Assembly: GCA_018985225.1 (NCBI GenBank)
Contig: JADGIF010000067.1
Span: 1 to 23,719, forward strand
Length of the DNA stretch: 23,719 nt
Origin: Amoeboradix gromovi X-113
Lineage: Eukaryota; Fungi; Sanchytriomycota
Reading direction: 5' to 3'
A program made the position numbers and the translations under genes. Shown here one piece after another: positions 16,869 to 23,719 of this stretch; the stretch's first letter is position 1, and every line of letters starts with the position of its first letter. The notes below the pieces were generated by a model, which ran no database searches, had not been told where the DNA came from, and saw nothing but the letters and a program-made list of their open reading frames with translations.

Positions 16869-18671
16869 TCAAATAATATTTACTAGCAATAATGCTACAG
16901 TCATTCCAATTCTATTCGCCATTCCCACTGAGTATTTGCTCTCTTTATTTGTAACTGTATTCTTGTTGTCGTCATTTCTGTTTTCTACCGCCGTCTGTAA
17001 TTTAAACAAGTCGCTCAATCCTTGCACTGCGAACTGACCGTCTCCAATTACATCTACAACTTGCTGAACTCCTATATTATTAAATTAAGTACCAGGTATT
17101 GCTGTCCATATGTTATTACTATTCATGTAAATTTGAATATAGCCAACAGCCACAAACACATAATCATCTCTGCTTGGCAAATCAGCAGGTACATTGAATG
17201 TATAGCTAGTAGGCAACCCATCCAGAGTTTTATTTGACTCGCTTGACAGTGTGCCCAGCTCTGCTAGTCCATTTGGATTGACTCTAAAATGTACAACTCG
17301 CTGAGATTGATAGTAATCCAAATCGTTTCCATTTCTCAAGTCGATTGCTAGTTCTACCAGCCTGTATTCAATTAAACCAGTACCAAATGGCTTGTTGTTG
17401 CTAATGTTAGATACTTCCCAAGTCAATGTAGTGGGCTGTCCTTTTATGATGCTAGCGCGCACTTTCCTGGAAGATTGTTGTTGCAAGTACCCGGTAAATG
17501 ATATAGTAGGTTGGGTGTCTAAAGCTGGTAGCTGAAATTCAGCTGAGGAATATAAACCCAAGCTAGTACTCATGATGAACTTATAATTATTTGCTCCATC
17601 TACGCTACTACGCATGTGAGGAGGTATAGTAACTAAAGTAGAATTAACACCAGACATTAATTGCTGAGCTAGAGTCGTACCTGTAAACAATCTATGCAAA
17701 GGATTTAAATGATACAAATCGACTCTATTGACAGTGAAATCATTTGATGTGAAAGACGACCAGGATACATTATAATGCAATAATCCATTAACATCTGTGA
17801 TCAGCTTGAAATTGACTACATCGCGAGGATTCCACTGCCGCATAAAACTAGCAGTATTTATCTTCCAACGGGATGTGGAGTCTGCGGGTGTGCGGGGAAC
17901 TATAACTAAGAAGCCATTACTAATAGATCCACTGTCGAAGTACGGCAACCTAAACAAACCATTAAGGTTAGCAGGAATTGCGGAACCGATATAACGTGTT
18001 TTAGCTGCAGGATATTTAGAAACAGAGCTGATGCAGCTCTGGTAGATGTTGTTTCCATTGGTCTCCACATAGAATATATCTAAATACTCCGTCGAGCAAT
18101 TGAATTGACAAATAGAAGAAGTGCAGCCCAAATTAACAATAAAATCAAATGGTTCATTAAACTGAGGATGCTGACAATTATCGTTTGTTTTAGAGATGTA
18201 AAACACATTAGAGTATTCCTTTATCTGAGCATTAGGCTCTAGACCAGGCTGATCAGCATCAGCAGAGTACAATATTTGATAGTAACCTTGATTGACAATT
18301 CCGCCATCTATAAACCAATCGTGTTTGTCGCTATTACTATTAATTACAATTGTGCTAATTAGCCTTTGATCAGGATAGACGCTATACAAATGAAGACTCA
18401 TTAAAGGTCTTAGTTTATTCAACTGGATGGTATATGTAGCACCAATATTCCAGGTAACATATGCAGCAGGTGTAGTAAATATTGAAACAGTAGGTGCGGT
18501 AGCTCCTAGTTCTACAGGAACACGAGGGCCAAGCTGAATACTAGGTAATTGCTCTAGTTCTTCCGGCGCAACTAGTTTAGGAATGGGAGCTCTTCTTTCT
18601 CTTAATACATTATCTTCCTCTGCATAATAAATGATGCCAATTAAAACTATAATTGCTGATAATAAATACAT
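16869..18671 (-). CDS. Secreted/cell-surface beta-rich protein, probably GPI-anchored (593 aa; exons 18671-17093 and 17071-16869)
   Basis: N-terminal hydrophobic signal/anchor. Removing a 21-nt GT-AG intron extends the frame to ...KYSVGMANRIGMTVALLLVNII*, a GPI-signal-like tail. Confidence 0.7.
17072..17092 (-). other. Putative 21-nt spliceosomal intron
   Basis: GTACTTAATTTAATAATATAG is AT-rich, has GT..AG ends, contains the in-frame TAA and is followed by 66 more open codons before the stop. Confidence 0.75.
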
Positions 18672-18761
18672 ACTGTTTTGACCTTCTTTACTTCAAGGAG
18701 GAATAGCGACGTTTAAAAATTTCTTCCCTAACTCAAAGGACATGATTATAACAAATGAAGT

Positions 18762-21023
18762 TTATTTCTTATTCAAATTCTTGGCCAAGTCTAGCAAACT
18801 TTTTCCTCGCTGTTCTAAATCATCAAACTTCTTGTCCAACACTTGCAGTTGCTCCCCCCGATCTTGTAATGCATTTTTAGCCAGTGCGAATGGATTAGCA
18901 GTTTTCGTATTGCCACCGTCTTGTTCCTTTTTACTATTCTGATTAAATATGATTTCCAAATCTAATAAACAATCGTAGTAAAATCCATCGTCTTGTTCGT
19001 AATCTGTTTCTTCCCAATTACTCTCCTCTTTTGCAAAGAACATTCCGAGTAGCTGTGTTAACTTACCATCAGTAGGTGCTTTTCTCTTCACTGGGATACT
19101 ATTTACCTTCAGTTCTATAAGACTATTAGCACCCAGTATGTTGATATTTCTCAAGTTCCCATGGTTTATTATGACCCATAGATGGTCATTGTTTGTAATA
19201 AAAGAAAAGTCCCAGGGCACCTTAATTAACTTAGCTTGTGTAGGATTCATCAGATTTGTTAATTTGATCCCATTGTTGACTTTATTAATTCCAAGTATCA
19301 TCGAATCCAAAGCCATCAATCCGTCATATTTGGATTTGATGGTGGTAACCTGCTTTTCCTGTATGCATAAAAGCTCATTTAATTGCACAAACAGTGTAGC
19401 CTCGTGATATACCAAACTAGGTTGAGCTGAAATACGGTAATTAAAGGACTGAATTATTTCATTCTCTTCCAAGGCAATATCGAATTTTATTAGATCCATG
19501 GATGAATCGTTTATCCCCAAATAATAGTCGTTGTACAAATACATCAGAGATTGATATTTGAAGGGTTTGCTCAGTATGTTAATATGTATGTTATTTCTCA
19601 AAACCTCACCAAAATTAAACACCCCGTCATCTGAAGACGGTATGTTGCATGTTATGCAATGCAGTATCTTGTTACTTATACATATTATACCGTTATGTAC
19701 ACCCAGATATTCTACATTTAACAATGGAATTTCTTGAAGCACTTGCCATTCTTCTTGCAGTGTGTATATGGTAATTGTATCACGAAAAACGTAGAGCAAC
19801 TCATTACTTAATGTGAACGACCTACAGCTAACCTCTAATGGATGAACGGATTTCAGTAATAAACCAGGGTTCGTAGAATACTGATAAAAGCTGATAGAAT
19901 CCTCGTTGTGGATGCAAACCACCTCAAACTGATCATAAACATTTGTGACATTAACAGAGTAGTTAATATTGAATGGTAAAATAGTATGTTGATGCATCAA
20001 TCTAGCAATAAAAGACATACTGGTATTCATTACAGAAACTGACCCACGCGGAAACTCGTTAGCAACGCTTGCTATCGGCATATTGCTGTGTACTTCTGCC
20101 AAGTTAAAATCATACAAGATGGAATCCCCCTGGTTGAAAAATGGATTGTTTGCTATAAACAATGAAAATATGGTATCAACGGAATACAATGGAACTAAGG
20201 TTTGCTTGTACTGGTAGACAGTGACATTAACATCAGTTGTAATTATTAAGTATTCCGAGCTACTTATCACCCATTCGACTTTAGTTATGTTTTGAATATG
20301 GTGCTCATAAATAGATATGTTGGACTCACGCTTAAATAAATAGAGCCCAAGTGAATTGCAAAGACAGATATGAGTACCATGTGGATGGAAAGTGCCAGTG
20401 GTTATGTTATGAACAGTATAATTAATAAGCTCTTTTTGCTGGCATATATCGTACAAACGAGCGGTGCTATTGAGACTTACTAATAACTGGTTCGGATTCC
20501 TGGGATTAGAAAGAAGAACCAAACATTCAGCAGATTCAAGTAATATGTTGAATTTTCCAATTTTTCCAGATTGAATGTTGAAAATAGTAGTTGCGCCATT
20601 TTGAATAAACATTGCAAATGCACTGGATAAAACTGAATTATCAAGTTTATATATAGGAAATACAAGAAAGCGATCTGCTTTTATATCAATATGATTTACT
20701 ATTGATGTAAATAAATCAATGATTATAAATTCGCAGTTTGTTAGTATGAGTAAGAGCCCGGAACCGTTTAAAAATTGTAACTGTTTAAAAGACTGGTCAT
20801 ATTCTAGTAAGCTTATACAGTGCTCTAATTTCTGTCCTAAAAACCTTACACAGTTCCATCCTATCACAGCTATTATTTCTAGAGCAGGGTCATAAGCAGA
20901 TATTCCGTTAAATTGCCCAGAAGATAAAATAACCTGCATGTTAAAATCTGAGGAATTGTCGGATGCCCTGTATTGCTTCTTCAATTGCTCAGCTTTAATA
21001 AAATTCTTAGCTTTTGATATCAT
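18762..21023 (-). CDS. Tomosyn/Sro7/Lgl-family WD40 protein with a C-terminal R-SNARE-like helix; start codon uncertain
   Basis: SAYDPALEIIAVIG...LQFLNGSGLL, NPRNPNQLLV and FHPHGTHI are WD-like. The C-terminus AKNALQDRGEQLQVLDKKFDDL is the tomosyn-type R-SNARE pattern. In-frame ATGs include 21023 and 20939; the ORF-track start at 21194 is TTG. Confidence 0.75.
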   Translation of the reverse strand: MISKAKNFIKAEQLKKQYRASDNSSDFNMQVILSSGQFNGISAYDPALEIIAVIGWNCVRFLGQKLEHCISLLEYDQSFKQLQFLNGSGLLLILTNCEFIIIDLFTSIVNHIDIKADRFLVFPIYKLDNSVLSSAFAMFIQNGATTIFNIQSGKIGKFNILLESAECLVLLSNPRNPNQLLVSLNSTARLYDICQQKELINYTVHNITTGTFHPHGTHICLCNSLGLYLFKRESNISIYEHHIQNITKVEWVISSSEYLIITTDVNVTVYQYKQTLVPLYSVDTIFSLFIANNPFFNQGDSILYDFNLAEVHSNMPIASVANEFPRGSVSVMNTSMSFIARLMHQHTILPFNINYSVNVTNVYDQFEVVCIHNEDSISFYQYSTNPGLLLKSVHPLEVSCRSFTLSNELLYVFRDTITIYTLQEEWQVLQEIPLLNVEYLGVHNGIICISNKILHCITCNIPSSDDGVFNFGEVLRNNIHINILSKPFKYQSLMYLYNDYYLGINDSSMDLIKFDIALEENEIIQSFNYRISAQPSLVYHEATLFVQLNELLCIQEKQVTTIKSKYDGLMALDSMILGINKVNNGIKLTNLMNPTQAKLIKVPWDFSFITNNDHLWVIINHGNLRNINILGANSLIELKVNSIPVKRKAPTDGKLTQLLGMFFAKEESNWEETDYEQDDGFYYDCLLDLEIIFNQNSKKEQDGGNTKTANPFALAKNALQDRGEQLQVLDKKFDDLEQRGKSLLDLAKNLNKK

Positions 21024-21204
21024 AGGACGGTTTGGATGGTTTGAAATAAAATTTAAAAAAATTCTGTGATCCATTCTTAATGAAAGAACGTTTTTGATGA
21101 TAGCATGACTTTTATTGTGCAGATAGCCCTTACTGCGATTTACTAATTTAGTTAAAACATGATGTTCTGGTTTTCTCATCTCTGATAGTGACAACGTATT
21201 CTAG

Positions 21205-21507
21205 AGAGATCGCCGAAACTATGAAAATTCATGCTTTGATATTCGGGAAATGGTCTAAGAATGAAGCAGTCCAAGAAAGACATTGCGGAATATAGTGATA
21301 GCATTTACTAGTCGAATCTTCAAAAGGTGTGCAACTCCAAAGAAAACCAGTTTGAATACATACACATGTACAAAATCATGGTTGGAAGCAGGCAGAGAGT
21401 GTAAACACAAAATTGAGTATTGCACATAGGGTAGCGGGGGTGAACTGCCATCGTAGTGGACCTACTGGCTTTGTCGGTATTTCTGAGGCAATCAGGACCT
21501 TTAATGA
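21205..21507 (+). mobile_element. Decayed copy D of the Fanzor2/TnpB-derived element
   Basis: From 21301 it translates AFTSRIFKRCATPKKTSLNTYTCTKS, vs SFTSQTSTRCGTLKKTNLETYTCTKC in copy E. It ends AATCAGGACCTTTAATGA (cf. AATCAGGACTTTTAACGA). Confidence 0.8.
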
Positions 21508-21555
21508 AAATACAAAGGTTTGGTACTACAATATAATGATTTTCAAATTATTTAT

Positions 21556-22863
21556 TTAAAAATGACGAAAATCCTTACCGGCGTAAACTCCTGCTGCACC
21601 TAGTTCCTCTTCGATTCGTAACAATTGATTGTACTTGGCAGTTCTTTCAGATCTTGCTGGAGCTCCAGTCTTGATTTGACCTGTACCTAATGCTACCACC
21701 AAATCAGCAATAAAAGTGTCCTCACTCTCACCGCTTCTGTGAGATACCATAACGCCCCAGTTATACTTTTTTGCTAATAAACAGGCATCAATAGATTCAG
21801 TAACAGTTCCGATTTGATTTACCTTCAACAACAAGCAACAAGCAGCATCTTTCTCAGCTGCGGTAACAATTCTTTTCGGGTTCGTAACAGTCAAGTCGTC
21901 AGCTACAATTTGAGCAGCTTCCTTTACACTTTTGTTCAACTTCGTGAATGACACAAAATCGTCTTGGTCAAATGGATCCTCAATGCTAATAACATTATAC
22001 TTGTGAACAAATGTCTTGTATAATTCAACCAGTTCGTCAGGTTTTAAGAACTTAGACTTATCAGAATTCGGATTTTTGAAGTCTAGATCATACATACCAT
22101 CCTTAAACATCTCAGACGCTGCTACATCCATTCCTAATCTAACCTTATCAGCATATCCCTTGGCTTCAATAGCTTTTTGAAGTAAGGCAAAGCAGTCGCC
22201 TGCAGATTCAACATTGGGAGCAAATCCACCTTCATCGCCAACAGAAGTAGCAGGTAAGCCGTACTCCTTTTTAATTAGGCCTTTTAAAGTGTGATAAACC
22301 TCGGTACCGATCTTCATTGCCTCAGTAAAAGAAGTTGCACCAACTGGTAGAATCATGAACTCCTGCATAGCTAACTTATTTCCGGCATGACTTCCACCAT
22401 TAATCACATTGAAAGATGGTACTGGTAATCTAAAAGTAGTTGGAATCTTACCGTAGGCCAGCTCTGCCAAGTACTTAAACAATGGTAGTCCCTTAGCTGC
22501 TGCTCCAGCCCTAGACACAGCCATAGAAACGGCCAAGATAGCGTTAGCACCTAATTTGGTTTTGTTCTCTGTACCGTCCAATTTAATCATTAATGCGTCA
22601 ATTTCCTTTTGCTTAGTGGCATCTTTACCGATTAACTCTTTTGCAATAATGTCTTTAACATTTTTTACTGCTTTTTGAACACCTTTGCCAACATAAGAAT
22701 CACCTCCATCTCGTAGCTCACAAGCTTCATAAATTCCTGTTGATGCACCTGAAGGTACAATACTTCTAAAAGTTCCCTTTTCGGTGGTTACTTCAGCCTC
22801 TACAGTTGGATTTCCTCTTGAGTCAAATATTTGTCGTGCGTGTACTGCTTGTATCGTGGACAT
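21556..22863 (-). CDS. ENO1: Enolase (435 aa)
   Basis: [73 protein letters not shown]. The true start is ATG 22863; the ORF-track extension to 22899 is element sequence. Confidence 0.97.
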   Translation of the reverse strand: MSTIQAVHARQIFDSRGNPTVEAEVTTEKGTFRSIVPSGASTGIYEACELRDGGDSYVGKGVQKAVKNVKDIIAKELIGKDATKQKEIDALMIKLDGTENKTKLGANAILAVSMAVSRAGAAAKGLPLFKYLAELAYGKIPTTFRLPVPSFNVINGGSHAGNKLAMQEFMILPVGATSFTEAMKIGTEVYHTLKGLIKKEYGLPATSVGDEGGFAPNVESAGDCFALLQKAIEAKGYADKVRLGMDVAASEMFKDGMYDLDFKNPNSDKSKFLKPDELVELYKTFVHKYNVISIEDPFDQDDFVSFTKLNKSVKEAAQIVADDLTVTNPKRIVTAAEKDAACCLLLKVNQIGTVTESIDACLLAKKYNWGVMVSHRSGESEDTFIADLVVALGTGQIKTGAPARSERTAKYNQLLRIEEELGAAGVYAGKDFRHF

Positions 22864-22872
22864 TGTTTTCTC

Positions 22873-22990
22873 CTGCTCGTTAAAAGTCCTGATTTCCAAG
22901 AAAATCGAGAATTTCCACAGAGAAACTAATGCAAGTTTCTCCGTTACAGTGATTGCTCACGCTTTCACTACCCTGAGGCGGGATTGAATA
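22873..22990 (-). ncRNA. Putative omegaRNA scaffold (3' part), copy E; the guide position would cover the enolase start codon
   Basis: Same three hairpins; central stem 22917-22944 is ACGGAGAAACT-tgcatt-AGTTTCTCTGT. Confidence 0.6.
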
Positions 22991-23299
22991 AGGATGCAGA
23001 TACTTGATGTATATGTTCCTTGCTGCCATATGGTCTCTATCTATCTTCAAATGACACTTTGTACATGTGTAGGTTTCTAAATTGGTTTTCTTTAGAGTAC
23101 CACACCTTGTAGATGTCTGACTAGTAAATGATTCATTGCATTCGACCATCGTCTTTCCTCTTTGCTTACACTTGAACTTCAAGCGTTCCTTGAATGCGTA
23201 ATGGGACATCGTAGCCATGTTTCTTGCGACCTTACTCGACAAGCTACTTATGAGTTAACTAGTATTGAACGATGGCAACTATATAAGATCATACGTCTT
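22880..23299 (-). pseudogene. C-terminal fragment of a Fanzor2 (TnpB-family RuvC) nuclease
   Basis: KTYDLI*LPSFNTS*LISSLSSKVARNMATMSHYAFKERLKFKCKQRGKTMVECNESFTSQTSTRCG...YTCTKCHLKIDRDHMAARNI. Two in-frame stops; no N-terminus or RuvC-I. Confidence 0.9.
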
Positions 23300-23719
23300 G
23301 TATACTGTACCTGTTAGTTATTTATTTAGAATTGATTTACCATTTACGAAAAGGAAGAATATCTAGTATTTAAGCAATTAGAAAAATCTGGAAAAGTCTT
23401 AAAATGATACAAAATTGTACACAAATTCGCGATAAATGATTTATTCAAGAAAATAGCCAAGCTGCACATACACAATTTATAGTCTACATATGAGACATCA
23501 AATATAAAAACTGGACTAACATTCTGCAACAACTTTGAACATTATTTCAGCTTTATTAATTTTATGTATTTAAGAGGCGAGTGGACATTCAGCTAGTTGC
23601 GGAGTTGACGAGTATAAAAGGAAAATAAATATTCTGTACAGCTATTCTCTTACTCTTTCATCCAATCTTTATGTCAAATAAAATATCACTATTGCACTTC
23701 AAAGAAATAGATAAGAGCA

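Larger units (their letters stand above)
22873..23719 (-). mobile_element. Non-autonomous Fanzor2/TnpB-derived element, copy E (runs off the right edge)
   Basis: The left arm 23300-23719 matches 4146-4576. It is followed by the longest clear nuclease remnant and the conserved end ATCAGGACTTTTAACGAGCAG. Confidence 0.9.

Noticed and set aside
22864-22899. N-terminal extension [12 protein letters not shown] of enolase in the ORF track (apparent fusion)
   Set aside because: It starts at TTG inside the element tail; enolase homology begins at ATG 22863.
343-22987. Numerous 60-100 aa ORFs antisense to or nested in recognised genes (e.g. 587-817, 2697-2993, 7565-7840, 15100-15372, 19138-19407)
   Set aside because: Shadow frames of real CDSs with no independent motifs.

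Overview
Gene-dense, AT-rich, almost intron-less eukaryotic DNA with fungal-type housekeeping genes: UreG (partial), SF3A2/PRP11, LSM4, a longin-domain membrane protein, a CLC/GEF1-family protein, LSM5, TRM8, CDC123, aspartate kinase, RPN8, SPT3, a secreted/GPI-like protein with a probable 21-nt intron, a tomosyn/Sro7-like protein and enolase. An early-diverging fungus is my inference only. The main signal is a family of non-autonomous elements derived from Fanzor2/TnpB (an OMEGA RNA-guided nuclease) that fills most large intergenic gaps. There are three well-preserved copies (A 4146-4976 +, C 15907-16475 +, E 22873-end -), two decayed copies (B ~11160-11420 -, D ~21205-21507 +) and a possible sixth, very decayed remnant (~11660-12200 +). 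Copies A-E keep only the C-terminal nuclease region (zinc finger and RuvC-III, plus RuvC-II in E) and a 3' tail. In A, C and E this tail folds into three hairpins, ends at ...ATCAGGACTTTTAACGAG(G/C)AG and is followed by unrelated flank, which is the layout of an omegaRNA scaffold plus guide. Copy E ends 9-12 nt before the enolase ATG and copy B ends ~40 nt before the CDC123 ATG, suggesting promoter-proximal insertion or co-option. No intact nuclease or transposase is in the window. All alignments were done by eye; no searches were run.
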